From positions 10,728,001-10,792,000 of the forward strand of contig NC_087263.1 of the NCBI RefSeq assembly GCF_037042905.1: DNA of 64,000 bases, written 5' to 3'. Source of the DNA: Lytechinus pictus. Lineage: Eukaryota. Shown here piece after piece: positions 12,801 through 23,960 of this stretch. The notes under the pieces were generated by a model. That model was not told the origin of the DNA and did not search any database. It worked only from the letters and a program-made list of their open reading frames with translations. The position numbers were made by a program, and so were the translations under genes. Numbering within the stretch: position 1 is the stretch's first letter; every line of letters begins with the position of its first letter.

Positions 12801-15038
12801 TTGGCGCCATCCCAGATAAAATGCATCAGTGTGCAACCCCAAAAAATGGTTAAAGGTGATATGTCAGTGTGGCTTGCCGTAAACGCATTTTCTCTCAATG
12901 CCGACGTTGGCGGGCGGTGTGCAAAGAAGATCATGCCATGTAGGACATGTCTGGAGGTGTCTTTCCAAGGACCATTCTTCGTAGCGCCCAAATCGGCTTT
13001 GTGAAACAGTTGGGCGATATCTCGTTCTTACGTAGAATGGTTCTACGAAAGACCCTTTCATGCAACAGGCCCCTGGATCACTCACATTCAGTGGCGTAAC
13101 ACTAACAGGCGCGGCCCGGGGGGGGGGGGGTAGGCTGCCCCCCTCGGGAAAAAGGGGAAAAAAGAGAAAAGGGAGGGAGAAAGAAAGTGAAAGGCCAAAG
13201 CCAGGGGGAGGAAAGGAAAAATTGAAAAGCATATTGTCGAGATAACATTGTAGGGTCTTGTCTAGATTCTAGTTATAAAAAAATGAAAACGAAAGGAAAA
13301 CGGGAAGGAACAAAAAAGAACATGTGAGAATGACCAAATCATTGTGCAATTATAGGCCTACTAATACATTAGCATGATTGTGAAGAAAGAATAGGGTAAT
13401 AAATTAAAACTGACAAATGGCAAACAAAGTCAAGGGCGGAAACTGAAGGTAGAATGGAATTAGCCAAAAGCTAAATTGGAAAACGAAGAAAAGGGACAAG
13501 AAAAAACGAACTTAAACTTAACACGACCGGGCTGCCGAGGATTGAAAATAAACTTAATAAGAGCAGGAAGAAAGATGGACTGGCTGCAACATTGCTAAAT
13601 TTTATGATGTAATGGTCGGTCGCAATCAGGTTAAAAAAGTCCTCAGCCAAAGGCTTGAAATATTTACCATTAAAAAGTTTCAATGTTTACTTTGGGGTAA
13701 TTTCAAAAAATATGTACGGTACGTCCGACCCCCTGAATGTGGGACCTTCATGAAATTTTCTGTCTCTGATTTCTGTTGTTGTTGTTGATTTCTGGTTCTT
13801 ATGAAAGTTTGTAATGTTCCCAAAGGACTATGACTTTGTAGATTTATAGTGAAGTAAAACTTGAGATAAGTGGGGTTCGGACGTACAGTACAAAAAGGTT
13901 GGATCATTTTATGGAATTGCCCTTTGGCTAAATCTCTAAAGCTACTGGGGGCTCTGCCCCAGAAGCCATAGTAGGGGCTCTTCATCTATAACCTTCAAAG
14001 GGCTCTATAACACCCCCCTCGTATGGCCCTTCCACATTAAGCTCTACATTCAGTCACAGGCATACAGGAGGTGGGGGAGGTCTTGGTTCAACACCCAAGG
14101 GGAAATAAGAGAAAATATAGGAGGCAACGTCATGAAATGAATGGAAAGCAATGAAATATGTTATTTGCGGAATATGATGGAAAAATCTACAGAATTTAAT
14201 TTCCAAAGGCAATTTTTTCCTGGCTCACTTCGCTCGCTGGCAACTTATTACAAATTTTCCCACAGCTATGTTGTGCCTCCTCAAAACATTTGGTTCATAT
14301 GTATACGCAACTAAAAATAGGCATTTTGAAGTCTTTATGCTGACCTACATGTAGGACTGTTTGAGCCTCTGAGAGAAGCCGTGGAAACATGTCACATCAA
14401 GACAGTAGATAATCAACTTGGCTGCCAGAAAATGTGAAGATTTTGCTACATTCAACTACATTGTTCTCTCAAAACATAGAAAGAAAATTTGAGGCCAACG
14501 CACCTATTGACTTTTTATACACGTGTCTACAGCACAAATCTAGTGCCATTGCCTAGCCTAACTAAAATTAATTTAATTTTAACTTTTAAATTAAAGAGTG
14601 CATTTCATGAAAAAACTGACTCGTTATTCTCGACAGTTGTGACAAATGATAACAAGTGCTACAATCCAATTCAGAGCACGAAATGAAGTTATTGAACAAT
14701 AGAGGTCTTGATCTACAGTAGGCCTAACCCGTTCTTTTCGTCCACTATCAATTGGTGTGGGGGGGGGGGGGGAAAGTTGATTTTGTCTTTGAGTAATACA
14801 GTTTGGATAGTGTGTTTGGCATTTATATTGCACTTTTCCATATTAAATGTGTGAAGCACAGACCGATATTGCTCTCCAAGTGCTTAGAATTATTTAAGAG
14901 AAAATGAATAGACTTTCAGTTGGTCTTCCAGGTTTTAAATTGAGTTTAGACCGCGACTACGTTGGTGGCTGAATTCACCTCATACTCACAGAGATTACCC
15001 TCACTTCCTCTTCTTTATGTACATGTACATGTAATTCA

Positions 15039-15905
15039 TTTTTGTCTCGCCCACCAGAGGTGAAGCGAGACTTAGGGATCCAAATGTCGTCCGTCGTCCG
15101 TCCGTCACAAACCTGTAATAACACATAACTCCACAACCGTAAGTCGCTTTTCAACCAAACTTGGATGGTAGATGGACTTGGGGGACCTGCATGTTATGCT
15201 GCAGTCTGAGGTCACATAGTAAGGTCAAAGGTCATTTTCAGGTCAACGTTAAAGTTTACATGCAAGACTCTCTTATGACACCTAACTCCGCAACCGTAAG
15301 TCGCTTTTCAACCAAACTTGGATGGTAGATGGACTTGGGGGGACCTGCATGTTATGCTGCAGTCTGAGGTCACATTTTAAGGTCAAAGGTCATTTTCAGG
15401 TCAACGTTAAAGTTTACATGCAAGACTCTCTTATGACACCTAACTCCGCAACCGTATGTCACTTTTCAACCAAACTTGGATGGTAGATGGACTTGGGGGA
15501 CCTGCATGTTATGCTGCAGTCGGAGGTCACATGATAAGGTCAAAGGTCATTTTCAGTTCAACGTTAAAGTTTACATGCAAGACTCTCTTATGACATCTAA
15601 CTCCGCAACCGTATGTCGCTTTTCAACCAAACTTGGTTGGTAGATGGACTTGGGGGACCTGCATGTTATGCTGCAGTCGGAGGTCACATGGTAAGGTCAA
15701 AGGTCATTTTCAGGTCAACGTTAAAGTTTACATGCAAGACTCTCTTATGACACCTAACTCCGCAACCGTAAGTCGCTTTTCAACCAAACTTGGATGGTAG
15801 ATGTACTTAGGCGACCTGCATGTTATGCTGCAGTCGGAGGTCACATGGTAAAAGGTAATTTTCAGGTCAACATTAAAGTTTACGTCCAAGGCTCTGATGA
15901 CAAGT
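15039..15905 (+). mobile_element. Helentron-associated (HINE/Tsp-like) element with 5 tandem ~157-bp core repeats
   Basis: Starts TTTTTGTCTCGC...GCGAGAC (short inverted repeat), then a (GTCC)n-like microsatellite. Units begin CAACCGTA at 15134, 15291, 15449, 15606 and 15763. Confidence 0.75.
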
Positions 15906-16052
15906 GTTATTCCATCCCATTCCATCCATGCGCTATATAAATCCTATATTATTATTGTTATCTTTACAATTCATAATTAACAAGTACATGTACACTGTAT
16001 GTTGCTAACTGTTAATCAGTATATTTCTGTTTGGAATGATTTCAGGTCAGAG

Positions 16053-16248
16053 ATGGCTAACCTCGCTGAAACCCCACAGGAGTTCAAGTACGAGACAAAG
16101 TTTGTTGTCCTCAACTACCTCGGGATCCTACCAAGGTTCGAGGAGATCGGGGATGAGTCTGACGGTGAAAGCGATGACAGGCTGGATGACGACGGGGATG
16201 ATGCCATGAGCTTTGGGTTAAGAAGTCAAGCTAGTTCACATTCACAAG
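16053..16248 (+). CDS. BCL2L13: Bcl-2-like protein 13 (Bcl-rambo), coding exon 1
   Basis: MANLAETPQEFKYETKFVVLNYLGIL resembles the BCL2L13 N-terminal motif F.YETK.VVL.YLG. Acceptor TTTCAG at 16045; donor CAAG|GTGAGT; ends in phase 1. Confidence 0.85.
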
Positions 16249-16265
16249 GTGAGTAAAGTGTAGAA

Positions 16266-16790
16266 CAGGGGAGCGTTTCATCAACATTTTTGTCTGACAA
16301 GTTGTCAGGGCCTTCATACTTTCCTTGATTATGATTGGCTGAGAGGTGCTGTTACCAGTGGAGGAGCCGTGGTGTAGTGGTTCTGACTCTCGCCTTGTAA
16401 ACAGAGGGTCGTGTGTTCGAATTCCACCGCGGTCTGGCGTCCTTTGGCAAGGCGTTAATCCACACTTTGCCACTCTCGACCCAGGTGCTAAATGGGTACC
16501 CGGTAGGATGTGAAAGTCATTGTAGCTTGTCCAGTACTGTGTGCGCCTCACCGGCGACTGACTGGAATACTCCCCAGGGAGTGGAGGATGTGCACACATT
16601 GTGTGCGGGAATGACTGATTGAATCCGATGACCGGGGTAATAATGTATCTGTAAAGCGCTTAGACACGTCGTTCCGATGTATTAAGCGCTATATAAAAAA
16701 CGGATTATTATTATTATTACCATAATAACTCAGATAAAACAGTACTTGTCGGATAAAATGTCCGACAAGTCCTTTTATGAGACACTCCCC
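16266..16790. mobile_element. MITE interrupted by a SINE
   Basis: Termini GGGGAGCGTTTCAT... / ...ATGAGACACTCCCC. A related copy lies at ~23975-24097, just after the BCL2L13 stop codon. Confidence 0.6.
16358..16717 (+). mobile_element. tRNA-derived SINE (CORE-like central domain)
   Basis: A box TGGTGTAGTGG, B box GTTCGAATTCC. Central CCTTTGGCAAGGC...CCCAGGTGCTAAATGGGTACC. Tail AAGCGC...AAGCGCTATATAAA plus (ATT)n. TTACCA occurs on both sides. Confidence 0.9.
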
Positions 16791-17397
16791 AGGCCACTGG
16801 TGTATAAGACGGAAGGGGGGGGGGGGCTGTGGTAGATTTCATGAAAGAATATTTTGTCAATCCTGATATTAATGATGACAAATAAGCAAGAACTTGTGTT
16901 AGAAGAAAAGCAAAAACTTTCAACAACTCCACCGATTTCAGCTGCAGCCTACAGTACAAATTATATTCAGAAAACATAGTACTGTAGGCCCATCTTTATT
17001 TTGATCTATGTTTAATCATGACCTTAAAAAAACATTCAGTGCAGAGTAGAAAATTTGATTAGTTTTGACAATGGACTTTGTCTCCCGCAAATTTCATGCT
17101 GTACTTAGTATAATTCTCTTCTATAAAAAAACCCCATACAAATGGCCATCTGGGTCCCGTAACACGAAGGGTAGCAATTAATCGTACGCTTGATTTTTAC
17201 GATAGATTGTACATTGTAGTCTATGGAATCAATCGTAGAAAAATGTTCTAACGCTCATTGCTAAGCTTTGTGTTACGGGCTCCTGTGAATTTTTGCATGG
17301 TCACTCCCCCCCCCCCCCCATTTTCAAAATCGTTCCTCATGACCCCTGTATGAAACAACTCTTCAAGCATAATTCTTTATATTTTCTTTCTAAAAAG

Positions 17398-17730
17398 ATA
17401 CTCCTTCGAGCATCGACAGTGACTCCTGCAGTAGGGATAGTGAGGAGTTCCGTCAGATCCGGCGAATTGCCGCTGCAGGAATCCTTGCAGGGATGCCCCC
17501 TCAAGAACAAGAATCTGCGGTACGTAGCATCGATGCTTCCACTGTAGCCTTCCAGGGTCAAGGACTCGAGGTGGATGCAGTGGGTTCCGAGGACACGCTT
17601 GAAGGGTTTCACCTCCCGACCGATGACCTGGCAAGAGACGCTGTCTCGTCTAACACCTCGTCGGCATCAAGTTCAAAGTTTGGGGCATCGCCACCAAGCT
17701 TCACCTCTCGGATGCCAGCTCTTAAAGTCT
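17398..17730 (+). CDS. BCL2L13: BCL2L13 coding exon 2
   Basis: AG|ATACTCC ... GTCT|GTAAGT. 333 nt, phase 1-1, open frame DTPSSIDSD...MPPQEQES...PALKV. Confidence 0.8.
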
Positions 17731-18213
17731 GTAAGTATGTTTCCACTATAGCCTCAATCTTGAACTAAAATGAATGAATAGACATGAGTTGAACAGCAGA
17801 GTAGTTTAAAAAGATCTCAATTAGCATATTTTTACCTATAATTGTTCCAGATATTTTTTCCCCAAGTGATCAAAACTGCTTGAAAAATTTGGAAAACAAA
17901 ACATTCACTGTAACAGGATAGTTCTTGTAATAGTTTCATATTTTGAGAACGAAAAATAATAGTATTGAGATTAAGACAAGTGAAGACAAGGCTTAGGTTG
18001 ATTATTTTAACCATCATGAATGGTCCATAGACCTCACATAGCAATGAACATCTTTTATCGCACCACACTGCAGTGCAAAAAAGACGTGCGCTGAAAATTG
18101 ACGTTCCACCCTCAAGCAGACAAGCATCTCTTATGACAAAATAGGGAAGCATAAAATTGTACAGTAAAACCATAAAACCATAGACTCTTAATTTCTGGAT
18201 CCCTCTCTAATTA

Positions 18214-18431
18214 AAGGCCGGGTTACACCAGAACCGAATTAGCTGCAAATCAATCCGAATACATGTATTCGGGTGGCTTCAGGAGTATTCTGTTCTCCCT
18301 CCGCGAATGCAAGAAAACTAAGGAAGAATTCAGGAGCATTCAAATCCACCGAAACCATCAGAATTAGGCCGAATCCGGCTAGAATTGGTCCAAATTTATT
18401 TGGGAGAATTCGGTTTTGGTGTAACCATGGA
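18214..18431. mobile_element. MITE (Harbinger-like, TAA flanks)
   Basis: TIRs GGTTACACCAGAACCGAATT / AATTCGGTTTTGGTGTAACC. Confidence 0.65.
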
Positions 18432-18699
18432 TTAAACAAATAAATCTTTTGCTCTGTCATGTACATGTATAAAAGTAAATGTGAAGTAAAAGTAAATGCA
18501 TGGATAGGTTGATTTCTTCAGATGGTGCAAACTGGATTAAAAACAAACCTCATTTGCATTGCATTTCCACTCACACAGTCAGTTCCATATGTTATTTGGA
18601 TATTACGAGTTTTGGTTTTGTAATACACAAGACAAAGAATTGAAGGTACTTCCCACGTAGTTTTCTGATTCTAGACATTTACATGTGGATGGAAGTTGA

Positions 18700-19300
18700 A
18701 TGGAAGTTGCCTGCAATACATCTCAGATTTGTTCATAAAAATATCAAACACCTACTCATACTGTACCAGAAATGCCGACATTTATGGGATCAGTATACAA
18801 ACATGTAAAACAGAGAAGGGGAAGAAAAGGATATCCATACATGGTGCAATTCTCTGGAATAATATTCCAACTGTATTAAGAAAAGCAGCAACCCTACATT
18901 GCTTCATTTCAACATATTGGAGAACCCGTAGATCCTGGCCCAAGATTTAAGACACAACTTGGCAAACTTTGTCATGTGACTTATCCAGCCAATCAGAGAC
19001 ATGTACCCTGCAAGGTTTCATGCATACGATACTTTGACAGAGTATATAAGGCCTGCTTTGCTCATTCTCCTGAAGATGATAAGAACACACTTGTCAAAAC
19101 TTCGAGATTGGGTGGTCCTTTTCAGGACCAACACTTGCCCAAGGAAGATACATGTGTACCATGAAACCTATACTATTGGCAAACTTTATTCTTTGATGTC
19201 CGTTAATTTTGTATCTGTATGTGATTACATGTAACAGGACCCCCTGGGAGAACAGTGTGCGTCATTGATGAGGCTACCATGTATAAACAAAACTTAATAA
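18700..19300 (+). mobile_element. 3' remnant of a CR1/L2-group LINE interrupted by a solo Penelope-like pLTR (~18925-19190)
   Basis: Translation YCTRNA...GKKRISIHGAILWNNIP resembles LINE ORF2 C-termini. The inserted segment has CCAAT, TATATAA and a degenerate hammerhead at 19066-19107. A LINE-like tail and (AAT)n follow. Confidence 0.6.
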
Positions 19301-19370
19301 TGATAATGATAATAATAATGATAATAATTAATAATGATAATCATAATTAGAAGAAGAAGGAAGAAGACGA

Positions 19371-19401
<31 letters not shown>

Positions 19402-19672
19402 GGAGGAGGAGGAGGAAGGGGAAGGAGGAGGAGGAAGGAGGAGGAGAAAGAAGAATTACCATTTTTTCTACTAGTAATGAATAGACTATAAGAGGAAAAG
19501 ACCCTGGAAAATCCCCATACAATGCAATATTAAACGCTTATCCAATATTGCAGATAAATTACACGGTAGGCTGTGAAAATTACTCCCTGAAAATTGATTT
19601 ATTGCATGATATTGAATAAGATCTTCTTAAATGTGACTCAATTATGCAAGAATTTCTTTGATCCATCCACAG

Positions 19673-19804
19673 CTCGGGTAGAATCTCCAAGATCACGGAC
19701 GTCCATGTTGAGGAAGAAGAGAAGTCGAGATGCTTCTTTAGATGAAAGTACCAAAAAGAGGATGAGTAACGTTCTCTCAGAGCTTGAGAGTCAGTTTAAA
19801 CAAG
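19673..19804 (+). CDS. BCL2L13: BCL2L13 coding exon 3
   Basis: CACAG|CTCGG ... CAAG|GTAACC. 132 nt, phase 1-1; RVESPRS...LSELESQFKQ. Confidence 0.85.
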
Positions 19805-20622
19805 GTAACCAAAGCAATTATCAGATTTGTTTTTTACTCATCATAGTCTACTTGATGATATTGGAGCTGTTTAAAGGGGTACTCAAGGCTGAAAATAATA
19901 TGATTTGAACAGATAAAGAAAAATCAGATAAACAAAATGCTGAAAAATTTGATAAAAAAAAACAAAGTTATGGCATTTTAAAGATTTGCATTATTCCCGT
20001 GCAACAGTTCAAGGTATAAAACAATAAACTGAAAAATTTGATAAAATCGGACAAGGAATAACTGAGCTATGGCATTTTAAAGATTGCATTATTGGTGAAA
20101 CAGTTTGAGGCATGTCTTCATGAATATTCAATGAGCAAACCTGTGATGTCATATTCACACTTTTTCTTTTGGATTTTATCATATAAACTTAGGTTTATTC
20201 AAATTTGTTCCTTGAAGAACTGAATAATTGGATTAACAACTGATGAGATATTCATTGCTGCAACTTACATGTATTTCATTGTAAGGAAGACATATCATTC
20301 ACACATGTATGATTGCATGAACCGGCGGCCGAGATCAGAGGGGAGGGGGGGGGGGCATCATGCTTCTCAGTCCTGAATGCATCTCAAATAGCCCCAACAG
20401 TTTAAGGTTAAAATGCAGAGTAAAGGAGAATCTGCTTATATATGTACATAACCTAGCATACATTTAGAAGTATGTAACTTTTTTCTTGTCTGCAACCAGC
20501 TTGAACACGTGGGTGCAGAGAATAAAAATTGGGAGAGCTACATGTATGTCTTGTAAAAAAAAAAATAGGATTCTAACTGGTGGCCATTTGAAAGACTAAA
20601 GTTAACACCAATACAACACTAT

Positions 20623-20939
20623 GGCCTGTATTCTGAGATCGGGTTTAATTTAAACTCTGGTTAGAAGTTGTTGTTTAACTATGGATAGCCAATAATGGCA
20701 CAAATATGTAATAGTAGAATTTCAGTGTATCAGCTCATTTTTCTGTCAAGTCATTAACTGTTTCGGAAGAAAGGATGATAAGAAAGCTTTCTTCACCATT
20801 CACGAGCTAGGAAAGGGCACAGTAAACATAAGAAACATACAATGTAAGGAAAATTTCTACATTTTTGGCTTTCCATAATTTTAGCACAGAAAAATAGACC
20901 ATGGTCTATTAAAGTTAAACCCGACTTCAGATACGGGTC
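20623..20939. mobile_element. MITE
   Basis: Imperfect TIRs GGCCTGTATTCTGAGATCGGGTTTAA / TTAAACCCGACTTCAGATACGGGTC. Confidence 0.6.
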
Positions 20940-20992
20940 TCTGTGTCCACCTGTCACGTTGTAATACATTTTGTATTTTTCATCCATTACAG

Positions 20993-21225
20993 AGATGGTG
21001 GAGGGAGGCATGGATTCAGCCGGTGTATTGTGCGCCATCAGTCGGGAGGCCCTCGTGGCCGAAAGAATCGCTCAGATCGGAGACTGCATCATGCTCCACC
21101 ATCAAGGTGAGCTTGAACAGGCTTACCAACAAGCCATGTCACATGGCGCTGGACCCCTCAACTACGGTAGCTTCAAATCGGGGATGAAGAGCTTGGTCAA
21201 GAACTCGGTGCCAGGCTGGTATCAT
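20993..21225 (+). CDS. BCL2L13: BCL2L13 coding exon 4 (BH3-like and BH1-start region)
   Basis: TACAG|AGATG ... TATCAT|GTAAGT. 233 nt, phase 1-0. VAERIAQIGD is BH3-like; VPGWYH matches the GW position of BH1. Confidence 0.9.
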
Positions 21226-21695
21226 GTAAGTTCTGTGTGTGTAGGCAGAGGGGTGTGGTTAGGGTTGGATTGGGGTTGACTTTCCCCTATGATTTTTCAA
21301 GTAGATAAGAAAAAAAGAAATAAGAAAGAAAATAAGGGGAAAAAAGTATGGAAGACAGAAACAAATGAGCATGAAAAGAGAGGTGTAGGATTAAAGGTCA
21401 TATAACCTCAGATTACTCCTGTAATTAAATCAATAAGGAAATAAGAAAAGAATGAAAAAAATACTTCAGTGCTTCCACTTCATGTAGGCTCAGGATATTT
21501 TAAACATGAATTTTGAAGTTAATGAATTTATAAGACTGCAAGCTCTTTTTGTCGTCCCCATTTCTCTTGGCATGTACATGTAATTGTGTGTATTTTGTCG
21601 TACAGTTAATTATTCATGATAATTCTCATGTGTAGGTATTGTGAATGAAAGAAATAAATTAAAAGTGGTACATGACTGCAATTTTTTTTTTGTAG

Positions 21696-21839
21696 GTCGC
21701 AGTAATGATGAAGTATACAAGACAGATGGCAGTCAGTGTGTTGGACCAAGGGAGTAGAGGGATTGCTGCTGTAACGGACTTTGCTGCGCAGTACATTGAG
21801 GAGAATTTAGCTCAAGCTATTCTAGAACAAGGTGGTTGG
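21696..21839 (+). CDS. BCL2L13: BCL2L13 coding exon 5 (BH2); not in the ORF track
   Basis: TTTGTAG|GTC ... GGTTGG|GTAAGT. 144 nt, phase 0-0; VAVMMKYTRQMAVSVLDQGSRGIAAVTDFAAQYIEENLAQAILEQGGW, ending in the BH2 motif QGGW. Confidence 0.92.
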
Positions 21840-22092
21840 GTAAGTCATTGAACAAGTAGCTGTCTTCACAACATCAACATGCTTTAAATCTGTGGGTAAT
21901 TTCTTTGGTTCCGTGTAAAAAGTCTGTGCTACGTCGTTTTATCAAGAATGTTGCTATAAAGGCACTATGCATCTTTTCATAGCGGCTTTTCTGCATTCCC
22001 CATTGTTCTATATATTATGAAGTGTGAGGATTGGTGAAAAAAGCAGCTTGCGGCTCTGACATTTGACCTTAATGGTCAATTCCACTCAACTA

Positions 22093-22740
22093 CCGTGTGA
22101 GTCAAAAAAGACTTGACACCTCAAAAATCCCAAATTTAAGAAAAAAATATGGCACGAACGCATAATCATTGTATGTGCCTGTAAAAAGTATCTTCTCCCA
22201 AATAGTTTGATACCATATTTATGGGGTACGTGTTAACGGTCGGATGATCAGGAGGTATTCTTTGCAGTGATGTAAATTTTGATTTGTGCCAAAGTAGGGC
22301 ATGAATGCGATGAATGAACCCCAGATGATGATGATGATGTCATAATCCTCAATGAGTTAGTAAACATATTTGCAAAACCCTTTTCAATCAAATTAACTTG
22401 AGAAATGATACTAAACATTATTTATTGAACTATTATAATGTAAACTAGTGAACATGTGTTTCGAAATGGACTTTAATGCAACTCTTGTAGGATTATGACA
22501 TCATTGATATCTGAATCCATTCATTGCAGCCATGCCCTACTTTGGCTCAAATCTAAATTTACATCACTGCAAAGAATACCTCCTGATCATCCAAGCGTTA
22601 ACACATACCACATAAATATGGTATCAAATTATTTGGGAGAAGATGCTCTTTCCAGACATATGATTAAGCATTCATGACATATCTTTTTCTTAAGATGGGG
22701 ATTTGTGAGGTGTCAAGTGATTTTTTTTTTACTCACGCGA
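22093..22740. mobile_element. Tc1/mariner-like MITE with long TIRs
   Basis: TA|CCGTGTGAGTCAAAAAA...TTTTACTCACGCGA|TA. Inverted homology includes TTGACACCTCA and TCTTCTCCCAAATA.TTTGATACCATATTTATG. Confidence 0.75.
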
Positions 22741-23208
22741 TATATGTTGCTTTGAGAAATATCAGACAAGCTTACTGCCAACATATTCATCAGATTTTGA
22801 TGAAAAACAAGAAAATTCTCAAATTGTCAATTCTGCTTTATATATATTCTTATCAAGGGCTGTACCATATGCAAAGAAGAAAACAAATGATGTCAGACAC
22901 TCACTATATAACTAACAATTTTATTTCAATTTCTATAACTTTCGTGATGAGGAAAGTCTTCACTGATTCATGATACATTATGATAACAATATTTTTTTTT
23001 TTAAATAGGAAGCAACAAAGTTATGCATTATTGCAGAAAAAGGTTACATGTCCACTGTGCTCTAAAATGTGGGTTATGATAGCTCAACATCTGATCCGGT
23101 CATCCAATCTCTACCAATTTCCTTTCAATGTTTGAATTATCTGTAATTCTTTGTAAAGTCCAATTTGTATGATTCTTTTAATACTTAGCATTGTAATTGC
23201 ATACAAAG

Positions 23209-23253
23209 GATGCCATAACTAACCTGGACCTTGAAAAAATAGACAATGAAACA
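23209..23253 (+). pseudogene. Diverged duplicate of the 5' end of the terminal BCL2L13 exon (possible alternative terminal exon to TGA 23337)
   Basis: AAG|GATGCCATAACT... encodes DAITNLDLEKIDNET versus DAITNVDLEKIDNET at 23427. Confidence 0.7.
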
Positions 23254-23426
23254 ACGGTTATCACACTTGATTTTTCACAATTAATTGTACATTGTATTCA
23301 ATGCAATCAAGCGCAAAAAGAAAATGTTCTACCATGATCGCTATTTTTTGTGTTACGGGCCCCAGGTGAAAAATGTCCTCCTGTTTGTATTTTTAACTCT
23401 TTTTGATTTTTTTTCCACCATCACAG

Positions 23427-23960
23427 GATGCCATAACTAATGTTGACCTAGAGAAGATAGACAACGAAACCTGGTCAGAAATATCCTCAGGGAATCCTTC
23501 ACCTCAAGGGATCCAATCGCCTACCCACACCATCCCTCCTCTCTTCATGGACGAAGATGGCTTCCTGTCACCTCGCCAACGCAAATCAGGTAGTGACCAA
23601 GGCAACCAACCACCGGACTCCATGTCGGGTTTGAACGCTGCGTCCAACATCAAGCTGGAAACGGAGCATGGAGCTACCAACCGGGATGAGTCGGATTCCG
23701 TCTCCGCTGCGGTGTCCAGACCCCAAGGGCTTCTCTTGGATGGTTCTATAATGCAGACCGACATGGACTTGAGCCCTGGCAGGAGACGGTACCAGTCGGA
23801 GAGGGTGCCAGACCAGCCTGACCTGCTCGATCCCGATGACTCTCCCAGGAGGCGAGCTTCAAGCTTTGGGTCAAGGCCCATGATTGCCACAGCTGCAGCG
23901 TGTACCGCGACCGTTGCTGCTGTTGCGGCAGTAGGTGCATTTGCTCTCCTGAAGAAGTGA
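23427..23960 (+). CDS. BCL2L13: BCL2L13 coding exon 6 (low-complexity linker plus C-terminal transmembrane anchor)
   Basis: CACAG|GAT, phase 0. Ends with hydrophobic MIATAAACTATVAAVAAVGAFALL followed by KK and TGA. The six exons sum to 1572 nt (523 aa). Confidence 0.9.
   Translation, partial: DAITNVDLEKIDNETWSEISSGNPSPQGIQSPTHTIPPLFMDEDGFLSPRQRKSGSDQGNQPPDSMSGLNAASNIKLETEHGATNRDESDSVSAAVSRPQGLLLDGSIMQTDMDLSPGRRRYQSERVPDQPDLLDPDDSPRRRASSFGSRPMIATAAACTATVAAVAAVGAFALLKK

Noticed and set aside
15134..15905. CRISPR-like array
   Set aside because: The units are contiguous near-identical repeats with no unique spacers, in a eukaryotic context with no cas genes.
16358..16435. tRNA gene (also ~62735-62805 on -)
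   Set aside because: The A/B boxes continue into a SINE body and tail, and no complete cloverleaf is evident.
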